Assembly: GCA_022448455.1 (NCBI GenBank) | Contig: JAKUUR010000002.1 | Span: forward strand, 10,241-74,240 | DNA length: 64,000 nt | Direction: 5' to 3' | Origin: Candidatus Thioglobus autotrophicus | GTDB lineage: Bacteria > Pseudomonadota > Gammaproteobacteria > PS1 > Pseudothioglobaceae | Shown here: positions 8,361 through 21,068 of the stretch, piece after piece | How positions within the stretch are numbered: position 1 is the first letter of the stretch | Layout: each line of letters starts with the position of its first letter | Program-made: the position numbers and the translations under genes | The notes under the pieces: generated by a model | The model's database searches: none | What the model was told of the DNA's origin: nothing | Seen by the model: the letters and a program-made list of their open reading frames with translations, nothing else

Positions 8361-9809
8361 TTAAAACAAAGAAATAGCCAATTCCATCCAGTAGCTTGGC
8401 ATTAAACCAAGAACTAGAATCAAAGCTCCATTGATGGAAAGAATAATGCGCATGTCCAAGGGGGCTGTTACCGTAATTTCTTTTTCAGCATCATCAAAGT
8501 ACATTGTTTTGATGATTTGGAGGTAGTAATATGCACTGATAACTGCAAATACAACTGCAGCAACCGCTAAATAAATATAGCCTGCTGAAACGACTTGCTG
8601 AAGAATAAACAGCTTAGAATAGAAGCCAATGAATGGAGGTACACCAGCCATTGAAAGCATAACAAATAGCATTAACAAAGCAAACCAAGGTGAGTGTTTG
8701 CTCAAACCTCTAAAGTCAACAATTTGATCTGCTTCAAATCCTTGTTTATTCAAAGCAATAATAATGCCAAAAGCTGTCAAACTCATTAATACATAAGCCA
8801 AAACATAGAAGGTAGCAGCGCCATAGCCTTCAACGACACCTGTTATAAAACCAAGCAAAATAAAACCGATATGGGAAATAGTTGAGTACGCCAACAAGCG
8901 TTTTATATTTGTCTGCATCAAAGCAACTAATGAACCTAGGCCGATAGAAAGAATTGCAAGAATTATGAACAAATCTGCCCAATAAGCTTGCAGTCCACCA
9001 AGACCATCGATTAGTAGGCGCACCAACATAGCAGTTGCAGCAAACTTCGGCACAGTGGATAAAAACATTGTGACTGAAGTTGGTGCACCCTGATAAACAT
9101 CTGGTACCCACATATGAAATGGAACAGCACCGAATTTGAAGGCAATACCAATTACTAAGAACACTAACCCAAAGTTGAGAATAAGTACTTGCTCAGAGTT
9201 CAAGTTTGCACCCGTTGCAAATGCCGCAATTTGGCCAATATCTAGACTACCAGTAATACCGTAAATCATCGACATGCCATAAAGTAGCAACCCTGATGCG
9301 ATTGCACCAAGCACGAAATACTTTAACGCTGCTTCTACCGCGACAGCTCGATCTCTAGCGATCGCTATAAGTGTGTACAAAGACAATGACATGATCTCTA
9401 AACCTAAGTAAATCGTCAGCATACTGTGGGCAGAAACCATAACCATCATGCCAAGCACTGAGAGCAGGGATAGAATAAAGTATTCACCTTTCAATAAATT
9501 ATGTGCTCTTAAATAATGTCGAGAATAAACCAAAGCCACTATGCTAAAGACCATCATAAAGACTTTGAAATAAGAGCCGATAGTGTCAAGTACATAAGTG
9601 CCATCAAAAATAACAGCCGATTCACCAATTAGATTAAATGCAAAGTAACCGGTGATAGCTAGTGTGGATTGAGTTAAGTAATAAGTAAGATTTTGGAAGC
9701 GCTCAGAGACAAACAAGTCAAGTAGTAATATTAATGCAATAGCAGCTATCATAAACAACTCTGGAAGAGCAAAAAATAAGTCAGCAGTATTGAATTGATA
9801 ATCCATCAT
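8361..9809 (-). CDS. nuoN: NADH-quinone oxidoreductase subunit N
   Basis: EAALKYFVLGA, FKFGAVPFHMWVPDVYQGAP, KRLLAYSTISH motifs; last gene of the nuo operon. Confidence 0.97.
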   Translation of the reverse strand: MMDYQFNTADLFFALPELFMIAAIALILLLDLFVSERFQNLTYYLTQSTLAITGYFAFNLIGESAVIFDGTYVLDTIGSYFKVFMMVFSIVALVYSRHYLRAHNLLKGEYFILSLLSVLGMMVMVSAHSMLTIYLGLEIMSLSLYTLIAIARDRAVAVEAALKYFVLGAIASGLLLYGMSMIYGITGSLDIGQIAAFATGANLNSEQVLILNFGLVFLVIGIAFKFGAVPFHMWVPDVYQGAPTSVTMFLSTVPKFAATAMLVRLLIDGLGGLQAYWADLFIILAILSIGLGSLVALMQTNIKRLLAYSTISHIGFILLGFITGVVEGYGAATFYVLAYVLMSLTAFGIIIALNKQGFEADQIVDFRGLSKHSPWFALLMLFVMLSMAGVPPFIGFYSKLFILQQVVSAGYIYLAVAAVVFAVISAYYYLQIIKTMYFDDAEKEITVTAPLDMRIILSINGALILVLGLMPSYWMELAISLF

Positions 9810-11353
9810 AACGCCGCCGGTAGTTTGGTTGTGAGTGCTTGCTCAAGCAGGTTAACCATTGAAACATGCATCACTTCAATCAAAGGTTGAGGATAGACGC
9901 CAACAACTAAGACAGCTACTGCTAGAACCGCCAATACAAAGAACTCTCGAGTGTTGATGTCACTTAAAGTACTAACATCTGAATTCACTATAGGACCCCA
10001 GAAAACTCTCTTCACCATCCACAATGTATACGCTGCGCCTACTATTAAAATCGTTGCCGCAAAGAAGGCGTACCAGAAATTTGCTTGAAGTGAACCTAGA
10101 ATCACCATAAATTCACCTACAAAGCCTGAAGTACCTGGAAGACCTGCATTTGCAAGGGCAAACAAGACTGCAAAGCCAGTAAATTTTGGCATTGAATTAA
10201 TCACACCGCCGTAGCTAGAAATTTCTCTTGAATGTAATCTTTCATAAAGAACACCGACAACCAAAAACAGTGCTGCTGAAATAAAACCGTGAGATATCAT
10301 TTGAATCATTGCACCCTCAAGACCAAGATAAACACTTTCAAGGCTACCACCAGCTATTGAGTATATTTGACCGTCTGTACCCATCTTAACAATTGAAAAT
10401 AATGCGAAGACACCTAACGTTACAAAGCCCATATGCGAAATAGAAGAGTAAGCAATAAGTTTCTTCATGTCTTTTTGCACGAGTGCAACAAATCCAATAT
10501 AGACAATTGCAATCAATGAAAGAACAATCACTACAATTGCAAACTCTGATGAAGCGTCAGGTGTTATGGGCAATGAGAAACGGAAGAAACCGTAGCCACC
10601 CATCTTCAACATAATTGCAGCAAGAATGACTGATCCACCTGTTGGTGCTTGTACGTGAGCATCAGGCAACCAAGTGTGCACTGGAAACATTGGTACTTTG
10701 ACTGCAAATGCTAAGAAGAATGCCCAAAAAATCCAACTTTGCTCAGTGAGTGACAATGGTAGCTCATTTAGCACATCCAGAGAGAACGAGCCACCTTGAA
10801 TGTACATGTATATTAGTGATACCAGCATGAATACTGAACCTAGGAAAGTATAAAGGAAAAACTTGATTGCAGCGTAAACACGGTTCTGACCACCCCAAAT
10901 ACCGACTATGAGTAGCATTGGTATGAGAGACGCTTCCCAAAAAACATAGAACAGTATTGCGTCCAGCGATGAGAATACACCAATGATTAGACCTTCCATT
11001 ATCAAAAATGCTGCCATATAGTCGGCCGCCCTATTTTGAATAACTTCCCAACCGGCAATAATGACCAAGAAAGTTGATAAAGTCGTCAATAAGATAAGGA
11101 GCATCGAAATACCGTCAATGCCAATATGGTAGTTGATATTGAACTGAGATATCCAGGCAGTGTTTTCAACAAACTGCATTCCTTGGGTTGAGGTGTCAAA
11201 GCCGTTCCAAAGATTCAATGACAGTGCAAACACAATAATGGAAACTGCAACACTTACCCAGCGGGCTAAATCGCTGCGATTGTTACCAATAACTAGGACC
11301 GAAATACCTCCTACTATTGGCAACCAAATTAACAAACTAAGTAGCGATTCCAT
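9806..11353 (-). CDS. nuoM: NADH-quinone oxidoreductase subunit M
   Basis: FYVFWEASLIP, KVPMFPVHTWLPDAHVQAP, LPGTSGFVGEF motifs. Confidence 0.97.
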   Translation of the reverse strand: MESLLSLLIWLPIVGGISVLVIGNNRSDLARWVSVAVSIIVFALSLNLWNGFDTSTQGMQFVENTAWISQFNINYHIGIDGISMLLILLTTLSTFLVIIAGWEVIQNRAADYMAAFLIMEGLIIGVFSSLDAILFYVFWEASLIPMLLIVGIWGGQNRVYAAIKFFLYTFLGSVFMLVSLIYMYIQGGSFSLDVLNELPLSLTEQSWIFWAFFLAFAVKVPMFPVHTWLPDAHVQAPTGGSVILAAIMLKMGGYGFFRFSLPITPDASSEFAIVVIVLSLIAIVYIGFVALVQKDMKKLIAYSSISHMGFVTLGVFALFSIVKMGTDGQIYSIAGGSLESVYLGLEGAMIQMISHGFISAALFLVVGVLYERLHSREISSYGGVINSMPKFTGFAVLFALANAGLPGTSGFVGEFMVILGSLQANFWYAFFAATILIVGAAYTLWMVKRVFWGPIVNSDVSTLSDINTREFFVLAVLAVAVLVVGVYPQPLIEVMHVSMVNLLEQALTTKLPAAL

Positions 11354-11354
11354 A

Positions 11355-13328
11355 CTATGACCCTAACTGAATGAGTGGGTTTTCGCCAACAACAAGCACC
11401 CAAGTTAAAACAAGCATTAGACCGATAATCATAAAAAAGGCGTAATGATAAAGGTAGCCAGTTTGAACTGGCCGAATAACCGAACCCATGAAACGCATTA
11501 ATCTTGCACTGCCATTAACAACAAACTGGTCAATAATTGTCATGTCCGAAATACGCCACAAAAATTCGCCTAGCTTTCTGGAGCCATTGGCAAAGACAAT
11601 ATCGTTCAAACGGTCAAAGCCATAAAGTGACTCCAATACATAGTTTGTGCGATGGAAACGTTCTTGAATTTTCTTAGCCCAATCTGTGCGATAAAGCGAA
11701 AATACCCACGCCGCCAAACTACCACCAACCATCATCCAAAAAGGAACAGTGACAATTGAATGTTGTAACAAACCAAAGGCTGAATGGAAATGCTCTTTCA
11801 GAGCAGCTACAGATCCATGCACGCTAGCATCAATATAGATAGAGTTGTCTAACCAGCCTGTGAATAACATTGGTTCAATTGTTAAATATCCAATAATCAC
11901 AGAAGGTATTGCCAAAACAATTAACGGCACAGTAATCGATAGCGCAGGTTCGTGTACATGCTCTTCTGCATGTTGGTCAAGACGGGATTCACCATGGAAC
12001 ACGATAAAAAACATACGTAACGAATAGAAAGCGGTAATAAACACACCAAAAACGACCGCGTAATAAACCCAATCAGCAAACGGTAAATTAGAGAAATGGA
12101 CCGCTTCAATAATCATATCTTTTGAATAAAAACCTGCAAAACCCGGGAAACCAATCAACGCAAGCGTTCCTATCAAAGCCGTAATATAGGTAATTGGCAT
12201 TTTCTTTCTGAGTGCACCCATTTTTCGAATATCTTGTTCGTGATGCAAAGCAACAATCACTGAACCTGCGGCCAAGAATAATAAAGCCTTAAAGAAAGCA
12301 TGTGTCATCAAGTGAAAAATAGCCACTGAGTATGCACTAACACCTAAGGCTACTGTCATGTACCCTAACTGAGAAAGTGTTGAGTAAGCAACAACACGCT
12401 TGATATCATTCTGAACGATACCCAGTAAACCCATGAATATTGCCGTAATCGCTCCAACCACCATCACAACAGTCAATGCCACATCGCTGAGTTCGAAAAT
12501 AGGCGACATACGAGAGACCATAAAAATACCAGCCGTTACCATTGTTGCTGCATGGATCAGTGCTGAAATAGGTGTCGGACCTTCCATTGAGCCTGGTAGC
12601 CAGACATGCAATGGTACTTGCGCTGATTTACCCATAGCGCCTATAAATAAAAGCAGACAAATAACAGTAATTACTGAAATATCACCAAAGATTGTTTGAC
12701 CGTTTACTTGATTAGCCAGTGTAAATACTTCTACATAATCCATGGTACCAAAAAACATTAGCAAAACCGCTATCCCTAATAGGAAACCGAAATCTCCCAC
12801 TCTGTTAACCAAGAAGGCTTTGAGGCTTGCTTCAACTGCTGATTCTTTATGGTGCCAAAAGCCAATTAATAGATAAGAAACAAGACCTACAGCTTCCCAA
12901 CCAAAAAATAACTGCATAAAATTGTTCGAGATCACTAGCATAAACATTGCAAAAGTGAACAGAGAGATATAGCTAAAAAACTTGGTGTAACCTTCGTCCT
13001 CTTGCATATAGCCAATGGTATAAATGTGCACCATTAAAGATATAAATGAGACCACAAGCAACATCACCGAAGTAAGGTTATCTACGAGAAAGCCAACACT
13101 CATATTAAGACCACCAACCTGCATCCAGGTGTAGATGTTTTCATTAAATACTTCAGCTCCCTGGAGTACATGATGATTGAAGACATAAAGTGCCAAAACC
13201 GTTGAAACTGTAACACCTAAAATGGCAATAGAATGAGACAAGGTTCGACCCAATCTATGACCAGCAAGACCAACTATGATTGCACCAATAAGTGGCGCTA
13301 GAACAATTGTTAAATAGGTATTTTCCAT
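11355..13328 (-). CDS. nuoL: NADH-quinone oxidoreductase subunit L
   Basis: FFGWEAVGLVSYLLIGFW, KSAQVPLHVWLPGSMEGPTP, HAFFKALLF motifs. Confidence 0.97.
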   Translation of the reverse strand: MENTYLTIVLAPLIGAIIVGLAGHRLGRTLSHSIAILGVTVSTVLALYVFNHHVLQGAEVFNENIYTWMQVGGLNMSVGFLVDNLTSVMLLVVSFISLMVHIYTIGYMQEDEGYTKFFSYISLFTFAMFMLVISNNFMQLFFGWEAVGLVSYLLIGFWHHKESAVEASLKAFLVNRVGDFGFLLGIAVLLMFFGTMDYVEVFTLANQVNGQTIFGDISVITVICLLLFIGAMGKSAQVPLHVWLPGSMEGPTPISALIHAATMVTAGIFMVSRMSPIFELSDVALTVVMVVGAITAIFMGLLGIVQNDIKRVVAYSTLSQLGYMTVALGVSAYSVAIFHLMTHAFFKALLFLAAGSVIVALHHEQDIRKMGALRKKMPITYITALIGTLALIGFPGFAGFYSKDMIIEAVHFSNLPFADWVYYAVVFGVFITAFYSLRMFFIVFHGESRLDQHAEEHVHEPALSITVPLIVLAIPSVIIGYLTIEPMLFTGWLDNSIYIDASVHGSVAALKEHFHSAFGLLQHSIVTVPFWMMVGGSLAAWVFSLYRTDWAKKIQERFHRTNYVLESLYGFDRLNDIVFANGSRKLGEFLWRISDMTIIDQFVVNGSARLMRFMGSVIRPVQTGYLYHYAFFMIIGLMLVLTWVLVVGENPLIQLGS

Positions 13329-13330
13329 AG

Positions 13331-13636
13331 CTAGCCTTTCAAACTATTGGTCACATCAACATCAATCGAGCCACGATTTCTGTACATCAATGTCAGAATA
13401 GCCAGACCAATAGCAACTTCCGCCGCTGCAACCGTCAAAATAAAGAAGACAAATATCTGACCCGCCACATCCGAGGAGTAATAAGAAAAGGCAATAAAGT
13501 TTGTGTTCACTGCTGCGAGGATCAGTTCAACACACATCAACAACATGATGATATTAGTCCTGTTGATAAAAATACCTGCCAAACCAATACAAAAAACAAT
13601 GGCACTCAAAATCAGATAATCAGATAGTGCAATCAT
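13331..13636 (-). CDS. nuoK: NADH-quinone oxidoreductase subunit K
   Basis: [21 protein letters not shown] motifs; 101 aa. Confidence 0.97.
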   Translation of the reverse strand: MIALSDYLILSAIVFCIGLAGIFINRTNIIMLLMCVELILAAVNTNFIAFSYYSSDVAGQIFVFFILTVAAAEVAIGLAILTLMYRNRGSIDVDVTNSLKG

Positions 13637-14247
13637 TTAGGCTTCTTAGTCTTGGTTGACGAAATAGAAGCCAAACGCACCCTGTCTGATGCCTGAACAC
13701 TAACCTGTTCAGAAATATTTTGCCTCTTGCTTCTGCTCTCTTTACGGTGCACAAGGGTAATCGCGGAGATAATCGCAATTAGTAATAAGACAGCTGCAAG
13801 CTCAAATGGATAGACATAGGTGGTATATAAATCACTTGCCAACTCGGTGATATTGCTATAGCCAGCAATATGCCTAGCAGGCTCCTCAACAGTTTCAAGA
13901 TCAAACTGTCCAGCACTTAAAACAAGCGCCATTTGAGCAATAACAACCATCGAAACAAAGATTCCAAGTGGCAAGTATGTAGTAAATTTTGCTCGAATCG
14001 TTGACTGATCAATGTTGAGCATTTTTATGACGAATAAGAAAAGCACCATTACAGCGCCTACATAGACTAGGATCAATGTGATCGCTAAAAACTCAGCTTC
14101 TAACAATAGCCACAAACTTGCCACACTGAAAAAAGACAAAATTAAAAGCATTGCTGCTTTCAGGGTATTTCTTGCAATCACCAACATCGCCGAACTTGCA
14201 ACGAAGCAGAAACCAAACACATAAAACAAAATTGATGAAAATTCCAT
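13633..14247 (-). CDS. nuoJ: NADH-quinone oxidoreductase subunit J
   Basis: [18 protein letters not shown] and [11 protein letters not shown] motifs. Confidence 0.96.
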   Translation of the reverse strand: MEFSSILFYVFGFCFVASSAMLVIARNTLKAAMLLILSFFSVASLWLLLEAEFLAITLILVYVGAVMVLFLFVIKMLNIDQSTIRAKFTTYLPLGIFVSMVVIAQMALVLSAGQFDLETVEEPARHIAGYSNITELASDLYTTYVYPFELAAVLLLIAIISAITLVHRKESRSKRQNISEQVSVQASDRVRLASISSTKTKKPK

Positions 14248-14256
14248 AATCAGCCT

Positions 14257-14748
14257 TTATCTGTACTTCGAATCTGCTTGTCTGGCTTTACTGATAGCCT
14301 TTTCGTGCTTATCACCAACTTCCAGCAAACCTTCTTTGTCAATAATACTGCCCTCTCTAGTCTCAAATGCGTAGTCGAAGATGTGGGTCCCAACGATGGC
14401 ATCTACGGGACAAGACTCTTCACAAAAGCCACAGAAAATACACTTAAACAAATCAATATCATATTTCGTTGCTCTGCGCGTTCCATCGTCCCTCATTTCG
14501 GACTCAATGGTAATGGCATTTGCAGGACACACCGCCTCACACAATTTACAAGCGATACAACGCTCCTCACCATTAGGGTAACGACGCAGCGCAAGTAAAC
14601 CTCTAAACCTAGGCGAAATCGGTGTTCGCTCTTCAGGAAACTGAACGGTAATTTTGTCATTGGTTAACTGTTTTCCAGTAATCTTCATCCCTGCACGAAT
14701 CTCACTTAATCCAAAGTCTTTAAAAATTTTTTTAATTTTATTAATCAT
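14257..14748 (-). CDS. nuoI: NADH-quinone oxidoreductase subunit I
   Basis: Two 4Fe-4S motifs [12 protein letters not shown] and [12 protein letters not shown]. Confidence 0.97.
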   Translation of the reverse strand: MINKIKKIFKDFGLSEIRAGMKITGKQLTNDKITVQFPEERTPISPRFRGLLALRRYPNGEERCIACKLCEAVCPANAITIESEMRDDGTRRATKYDIDLFKCIFCGFCEESCPVDAIVGTHIFDYAFETREGSIIDKEGLLEVGDKHEKAISKARQADSKYR

Positions 14749-14762
14749 TACTTATTTCCTCC

Positions 14763-15830
14763 CTAGAACCAAGGTCCTAAATGAAGTTGAGTCATCAATG
14801 CCACAACCATAATCCAAGCAATAGTGAGCGGTAAAAACACTTTCCAACATAGGCGCATAATTTGGTCATAACGATATCTTGGGAAGGTTGCCCTAATCCA
14901 TAAATAAAGGAAAAGAAAAAAGCTCATTTTCCCAAGCAACCACATTATGTCTGGCACAAATGCAAAGAATTCTTGCAAATATGGCACACCCTCAAATGGA
15001 GAATGCCAACCTCCAAAAAACATCAATACAGCAAGCGCTGCCATCATAATCATGTTGATATATTCAGCCATAAAGAATAATGCAAAACACATTCCTGAAT
15101 ACTCAACATGAGTGCCACCCATAATTTCTGATTCGCCTTCGACGACATCAAATGGAGCACGGTTAGTTTCTGCTAATGCAGAAATCCAGAAAACAATCAT
15201 CATTGGAAATAATGGGATCCAGTACCAATTCCAAATGCCGCCAGACTGGCTTGAGACGATTTCGTTTAAATTTACAGAGCTTGCTGCCATCACCACGGTA
15301 ACAGCTACAAATCCAACCACAATTTCGTATGAGACCAATAATGAAGCACTTCTTAATGCCCCCAATAATGGGTATTTTGAGTTAGAAGCCCATCCCGCTA
15401 AGATGATGCCATAAATACCAACAGAGCCAATCGCTAGAACATAAAGCAGGCTGATATCCAGGTTGGTGATGTAGAAGTCTTGCCCCAGAGGTATAACTGC
15501 CCATATCGCAATTGCGGGTACAAAAGCTAATATCGGCGCCAATACAAACAAATAAACATTGGCCTTGGTTGGAAAAATGATTTCTTTAAACATCAATTTG
15601 AATACGTCAGCAAATGGCTGCAATAGGCCTATTGGGCCGACTCGGTTTGGACCAATTCTAAGCTGCATATAGCCAATAACCTTGCGTTCAGCATAAGTCA
15701 TGTAAGCCATCATGATAATGAGTGGCAATATTAGAGCGACTCCTTTAATTAGGATGATGAGTACAACTGCTAGCCCACCATCAAACCATGGTACATATTG
15801 ATAAACAAAATCTACAAAACCTTGCCACAT
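14763..15830 (-). CDS. nuoH: NADH-quinone oxidoreductase subunit H
   Basis: [41 protein letters not shown] motifs. Confidence 0.97.
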   Translation of the reverse strand: MWQGFVDFVYQYVPWFDGGLAVVLIILIKGVALILPLIIMMAYMTYAERKVIGYMQLRIGPNRVGPIGLLQPFADVFKLMFKEIIFPTKANVYLFVLAPILAFVPAIAIWAVIPLGQDFYITNLDISLLYVLAIGSVGIYGIILAGWASNSKYPLLGALRSASLLVSYEIVVGFVAVTVVMAASSVNLNEIVSSQSGGIWNWYWIPLFPMMIVFWISALAETNRAPFDVVEGESEIMGGTHVEYSGMCFALFFMAEYINMIMMAALAVLMFFGGWHSPFEGVPYLQEFFAFVPDIMWLLGKMSFFLFLYLWIRATFPRYRYDQIMRLCWKVFLPLTIAWIMVVALMTQLHLGPWF

Positions 15831-15844
15831 AATCTATACCACTC

Positions 15845-18079
15845 CTAACACTGTCTCGGCAGATGAGTGTGAACAAACACACAACCTTCCGCTACTGATT
15901 CGTTAATATTGACTGGAACACCCTTATACAAGTCACCTTCTGAGAGTTCTAATAATTTTGCGGTTGCCTTGCAAACCGAAGCCTCACTTATCTGTCCAAT
16001 CCGTGTCTGTTGTAATGAAGATGCATGACGAACAACTACATCACTAGCATAGGGTGTGTATTGCCAAACAGTAGTAATATTCGGCATTTTAGAATTGCTA
16101 ATAGGAACTTCGATCTCGGAGGTATTAGGGGTTAAAGATAATGCTTTATCAGCTATCTGGGATGAATCCGTAAAGTCAAAACCTTGGAGATTGAGCAAGT
16201 CCGCTAAAACTTTAATTACCTTCCACCCTGGTTTGGATTCTCCAGCACTCTTAACCGAGGCGCTATAGGACTGAGCAATATTGTCTACATTAATGTGCGT
16301 ACCAGAAGTTTCATAGAAACTCGCAATTGGTAAAATTACGTTTGCACAATTCAAAACTGATTCATCATCAAAACTATTCATGGCAACAACAAATGCATCA
16401 TCATGACTCAAATGTTCAATTGCATTTTCTGAGTCAATACAGTCAAAAGTCGGGTAAACATCGAACAAAACAAATGCAGTAAAATCAGATGAAAGGATTT
16501 GTAGCGCATTTTTACCGTTTTCAGGCTTAAAATTTACCCTTTCTGCAGAATGTGCATTGCCCGTTAAACTTGCATTTAGAGTTTTTGCTTCTGAAGCTTT
16601 AGCGATTTCAGAAACCAGTGTAGCGACTTGATCCGAGCATTTATTACCATTCACATGCTCTCCAAGTACAACTACTGGATGCTCGGCATTTAATAGCGCA
16701 TTAGCTATATCTATATGTGTTTGATGAACACTGACAGAATTTAAATAATCAGGCAAAGTTTGTGAATTTTTATCAAGTAACGCTTTTAAGACACCTGAAA
16801 GAGTAGCTACAGTATTTTGTGGGGATGTCAATACAGAATGACTAATGCGATAATTGAAATCGAAAGCCTTCGCATTTATAGTTGAAACGCTTGCACCATT
16901 TAAAGTCGCCTTTCTAATACGATGATTGATCATTGGCTGCTCTAAGCGTAAATATGAATTTACAATAAGTGCGTGATCAATGGTTTCTAATTCAGTTAAA
17001 GAAATATTTGACTCTAATACCTTTGCGTTACTCGGATTAGCAGCATCTAGCCGATAATCAAGGTTATCTGACCCTAGGCCTCTTGTAAATTTTTGTAGCA
17101 AATATAACTCTTCAAGAGTTGCGTTTTTCGATGCAAGAGTGCCAATTTGTGACCCCTCTTTAGCGTGTTTTTTTATGCCGTTTGCTGCAAAATCTAGTGC
17201 ATCATCCCATGAAGTATCTTGCCATTCACCTTTAATTTTGATCTTAGGAATCAAGATACGATTGTCACTGTTAAGCCCTTGGTATGAAAAACGGTCTCTG
17301 TCTGAAATCCAAGTCTCATTGATGTTTTCATTATCTCTGGCAACTACACGCTTGACTTTACTTTCGTGTGTTTGAGTAAAGATATTTGAACCCACTAGGT
17401 CATGACGTGCAATGGTCTGAATCGAGTTCATCTGCCAAGATCTAACTCCATAACGGAAAGGCTTAGAAGTTAATGCTCCGACCGGACATACATCAATCAT
17501 GTTGCCCGAAAGTTCTGACTGAATCCCTTCTGATAAAAATGGTTCAATTTTCAAATCTTCACTTCGACCCGTAGCACCCATTTCAACTATGCCTGCAACT
17601 TCTGCACCAAATCGAACACAACGTGTACAGTGAATACAACGCGTCATATCTGTTTGAATCAGGGCGCCTATCTCCTTATCATCAACAATACGCTTGCCTT
17701 CAGTAAACCTTGATATGTCAGAACCAAATTCCATAGCCACATCTTGTAACTCACATTCACCACCTTGATCACAAATTGGACAATCCAGTGGGTGGTTGAT
17801 TAACAAAAACTCCATAACAGCCTTTTGCGCAGTTTTGGCTTTTTCATTTTTGGTATGAACTTTCATCCCAAAAGAGCTTTGTGTTGAGCATGCAGGTTGA
17901 GGGTTTGGATTACCCTCTATATCCACCAAACACATTCTGCAGTTTGCTGCGACAGATAGTTTTTTGTGGTAACAGAATCGAGGAATGTCGATACCCTCTC
18001 TATCCGCAATTGAAATAACAGTCTCACCTGAGTATCCATGTACAACTTTACCGTCGATTTCGATTTCAATATCAACCAT
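15845..18079 (-). CDS. nuoG: NADH-quinone oxidoreductase subunit G (start revised to ATG 18079; track gives 18199)
   Basis: [41 protein letters not shown] motifs. [11 protein letters not shown] start overlaps the nuoF stop by 8 bp; the extra 40 codons lie inside nuoF. Confidence 0.95.
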   Translation of the reverse strand: MVDIEIEIDGKVVHGYSGETVISIADREGIDIPRFCYHKKLSVAANCRMCLVDIEGNPNPQPACSTQSSFGMKVHTKNEKAKTAQKAVMEFLLINHPLDCPICDQGGECELQDVAMEFGSDISRFTEGKRIVDDKEIGALIQTDMTRCIHCTRCVRFGAEVAGIVEMGATGRSEDLKIEPFLSEGIQSELSGNMIDVCPVGALTSKPFRYGVRSWQMNSIQTIARHDLVGSNIFTQTHESKVKRVVARDNENINETWISDRDRFSYQGLNSDNRILIPKIKIKGEWQDTSWDDALDFAANGIKKHAKEGSQIGTLASKNATLEELYLLQKFTRGLGSDNLDYRLDAANPSNAKVLESNISLTELETIDHALIVNSYLRLEQPMINHRIRKATLNGASVSTINAKAFDFNYRISHSVLTSPQNTVATLSGVLKALLDKNSQTLPDYLNSVSVHQTHIDIANALLNAEHPVVVLGEHVNGNKCSDQVATLVSEIAKASEAKTLNASLTGNAHSAERVNFKPENGKNALQILSSDFTAFVLFDVYPTFDCIDSENAIEHLSHDDAFVVAMNSFDDESVLNCANVILPIASFYETSGTHINVDNIAQSYSASVKSAGESKPGWKVIKVLADLLNLQGFDFTDSSQIADKALSLTPNTSEIEVPISNSKMPNITTVWQYTPYASDVVVRHASSLQQTRIGQISEASVCKATAKLLELSEGDLYKGVPVNINESVAEGCVFVHTHLPRQC

Positions 18080-19346
18080 CGTTTTCCACCATACTTTTCC
18101 CGTGCTTGATGTAGTACTCAAACTCTTCTCTAAAATGTGTAATAAAACTCTCAACAGGCATCGCTGCGGCATCACCCAATGCGCAGATCGTATTACCAAT
18201 TATCTTATCCTGCACAGAAAGTAAAAGCTTTAAGTCTTCACTCTTACCCTGACCATCCATAATGCGTTTTAAGACTCGATACATCCAGCCTGTACCTTCT
18301 CTGCATGGGGTACACTGGCCACAAGACTCATCGTAATAAAAATGCGCTAAGCGCGTCAAAGCCTTCACCATGCAGGTTGTATCATCCATCACAATAACTG
18401 AGCCAGCACCAAGCATTGACCCTGCCTTTTCAATGGAATCATAATCCATCGTCATTTTCATCGCCTCTGCTGCAGGAATTACTGGGGTAGATGAACCTCC
18501 AGGAATTACCCCTTTAAGAGTTCTACCTTCCCTTAAACCGCCAGCCAATTCTAATAAATCACTAAAAGGTGTTCCCATTGGGATTTCAAAATTAGCGGGA
18601 TTCTTGACATTACCAGTTACCGAAAAACACTTTGTACCACCTGAATTTACCACACCTAGATCAGCAAACCATTGGCCGCCTCGAGAAAGAATTTCAGGTA
18701 CTGATGCAAAACTCTCGGTGTTATTGATGGTTGTTGGTTTGCCATATAGTCCTACATTTGCTGGATACGGCGGCTTAAATCTTGGTAGTCCTTTTTTACC
18801 CTCAAGCGACTCCAATAATGCAGTCTCCTCACCACAAATATAAGCGCCTGCCCCCAGATGAGAATAAAGATCAAAACACACCTTACTGCCTTTAATGTTA
18901 GTACCCAACAAACCAGCATCATAAGCCTCTTTCAAGGCTTCTTCAAAACGGTAATAAGGCTCCATGAACTCACCACGAATATAGTTATAACCAACTGTTG
19001 CATTCATCACATAGCCTGCAATTGCCATCCCTTCAATGACTGAGTGTGGATTAAATCTTAAAATGTCACGATCATGACAAGTGCCTGGCTCGCCTTCGTC
19101 AGAATTACAAACTACGTACTTCTGCCCCTCTTGATTGCGCGGCATAAAACTCCACTTTAAGCCCGTTGGAAAACCCGCACCACCGCGCCCCCTTAGACCT
19201 GAAATCTTTAACTCTTCAAGAATTTTCTCAGGTGATAGCTCGCCATGAAGAATTTTGTGCCAAACTTTATAGCCACCCATGGTTTCATAAGTCGCAAGAC
19301 TTGAAGGGTTATCTTTATCTATACTTTTCAAACAAACGTTATTCAC
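18072..19346 (-). CDS. nuoF: NADH-quinone oxidoreductase subunit F
   Basis: [54 protein letters not shown] motifs. Confidence 0.98.
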   Translation of the reverse strand: MNNVCLKSIDKDNPSSLATYETMGGYKVWHKILHGELSPEKILEELKISGLRGRGGAGFPTGLKWSFMPRNQEGQKYVVCNSDEGEPGTCHDRDILRFNPHSVIEGMAIAGYVMNATVGYNYIRGEFMEPYYRFEEALKEAYDAGLLGTNIKGSKVCFDLYSHLGAGAYICGEETALLESLEGKKGLPRFKPPYPANVGLYGKPTTINNTESFASVPEILSRGGQWFADLGVVNSGGTKCFSVTGNVKNPANFEIPMGTPFSDLLELAGGLREGRTLKGVIPGGSSTPVIPAAEAMKMTMDYDSIEKAGSMLGAGSVIVMDDTTCMVKALTRLAHFYYDESCGQCTPCREGTGWMYRVLKRIMDGQGKSEDLKLLLSVQDKIIGNTICALGDAAAMPVESFITHFREEFEYYIKHGKSMVENDG

Positions 19347-19816
19347 GTTAGACCCTCCAAAATCTCATCAATGCCTTTTTTTGTCAGGTTTTCATAATAT
19401 TGGTCTCCAATTTGACACATTGGCCCGCCCACACAAGCACCCAAACATTCAACCCTTTTGACGCTCACTAGACCATCCTTACTTATCTCTCCCGTTTTGA
19501 CGTCCAATTTTTCCTCTAAATAAGAGATTAACTCATCCGAGCCGTTTAGCATGCATGATATATTGTGACAAAAGCGAATCACATGTTTTCCTACCGGCTT
19601 GTTGTTATAGTTCTCATAAAATGTGGCTACCTCTTGAACGCTAATTGTGGGCATTTCAAGGTAATCTGCGACAGCTTGTTTTAACTCATTTGTTAAACTC
19701 CCACCATTTTCCTTTTGAACAATCGTCAGCGCCTGCATAACAGCAGAGCTTTGCCTTCCTTCTGGGTATTTTGCTACCCAAATGTCAATTTCTTTTTTCG
19801 CTTGATCCGAAATCAT
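19343..19816 (-). CDS. nuoE: NADH-quinone oxidoreductase subunit E
   Basis: CHNISC and ECLGAC 2Fe-2S ligands. Confidence 0.97.
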   Translation of the reverse strand: MISDQAKKEIDIWVAKYPEGRQSSAVMQALTIVQKENGGSLTNELKQAVADYLEMPTISVQEVATFYENYNNKPVGKHVIRFCHNISCMLNGSDELISYLEEKLDVKTGEISKDGLVSVKRVECLGACVGGPMCQIGDQYYENLTKKGIDEILEGLT

Positions 19817-21066
19817 CTATCAATTTCTCCAAAAACAATGTCCTGGGTACCAATAATTGTCACCACATCCGAGAGCATGTGTCCTTTTGCCATTTCATCT
19901 ATGGATGCTAAATGGGGAAAGCCAGGAGCTCGAATTTTGATACGGTATGGTTTGTTGGCACCATCAGAAACTAAGTAGACGCCAAACTCACCTTTAGGGG
20001 CTTCAACAGCTGAATATACTTCACCCTCAGGCAGGCAATATCCCTCAGTGAATAATTTAAAGTGATGGATCAATGACTCCATGTCATCTTTCATATCACC
20101 CCGGTTAGGGGGAGACACTTTATGGTCATCAGACATAACGGGGCCAGTGTTAGATTTTAACCATCTCACGCATTGTTTAACAAGGTGGCATGACTGACGC
20201 ATTTCTTCCATGCGCACTAAATAACGGTCATAGCAGTCACCTGTGACACCTACAGGAATGTCAAACTCTAATTGATCATAAACTGAATAAGGTTGGGTTT
20301 TTCGAAGATCCCACTCAACACCCGACCCACGCAACATAGGTCCAGTAAAACCGAGCTGTTTTGCACGATCTGCAGTAACTACGCCAATATTGACTAGGCG
20401 TTGTTTCCAAATTCTATTGTCTGTCAAGAGGCCAGAATACTGATCAATGCTTTCTGGAAAATTGTTAGCAAAATCTGAGATAAATTCGAGCAACGATCCT
20501 TGACGATTTTTATTCATCTCCTTCAGTTCTTCTTTACTACGTAATTTTGATTCAAGGTATTGAGGCATTTTATCTGGCAAGTCACGATAAACACCACCTG
20601 GACGATAATAAGTCGCGTGCATCCTTGAACCACTGACCGCCTCATAACAATCAATTAACTTCTCACGTTCTCTAAAGGCATAAAGGAAGACACTCATTGC
20701 ACCAACATCAAGCGCATGCGTACCTAACCACAACAAGTGATTAAGGATACGAGTAATTTCATCAAACATCACCCGAATGTATTTTGCGCGCTCTGGCACC
20801 TCTAATCCAAGCATCTTCTCAATCGCCATCACATAGGCATGCTCGTTACACATCATGGAAACATAGTCGAGTCTGTCCATGTAACCAATCGACTGGTTGT
20901 AGGGTTTTGATTCTGCTAATTTCTCAGTACCTCTATGCAAAAGCCCAATATGCGGGTCAGCACGCACTATCACTTCTCCATCCATCTCAAGAATAAGTCT
21001 CAATACGCCATGTGCCGCAGGGTGTTGTGGCCCAAAGTTAAGGGTGTAATTGCGCATCTCAGACAT
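19813..21066 (-). CDS. nuoD: NADH-quinone oxidoreductase subunit D
   Basis: [23 protein letters not shown] and C-terminal DIVFGEIDR. Confidence 0.98.
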   Translation of the reverse strand: MSEMRNYTLNFGPQHPAAHGVLRLILEMDGEVIVRADPHIGLLHRGTEKLAESKPYNQSIGYMDRLDYVSMMCNEHAYVMAIEKMLGLEVPERAKYIRVMFDEITRILNHLLWLGTHALDVGAMSVFLYAFREREKLIDCYEAVSGSRMHATYYRPGGVYRDLPDKMPQYLESKLRSKEELKEMNKNRQGSLLEFISDFANNFPESIDQYSGLLTDNRIWKQRLVNIGVVTADRAKQLGFTGPMLRGSGVEWDLRKTQPYSVYDQLEFDIPVGVTGDCYDRYLVRMEEMRQSCHLVKQCVRWLKSNTGPVMSDDHKVSPPNRGDMKDDMESLIHHFKLFTEGYCLPEGEVYSAVEAPKGEFGVYLVSDGANKPYRIKIRAPGFPHLASIDEMAKGHMLSDVVTIIGTQDIVFGEIDR

Positions 21067-21068
21067 AG

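Noticed and set aside
18080-18199. 40-codon N-terminal extension of nuoG
   Set aside because: It lies inside nuoF in another frame; the ATG at 18079 gives a normal NuoG start.
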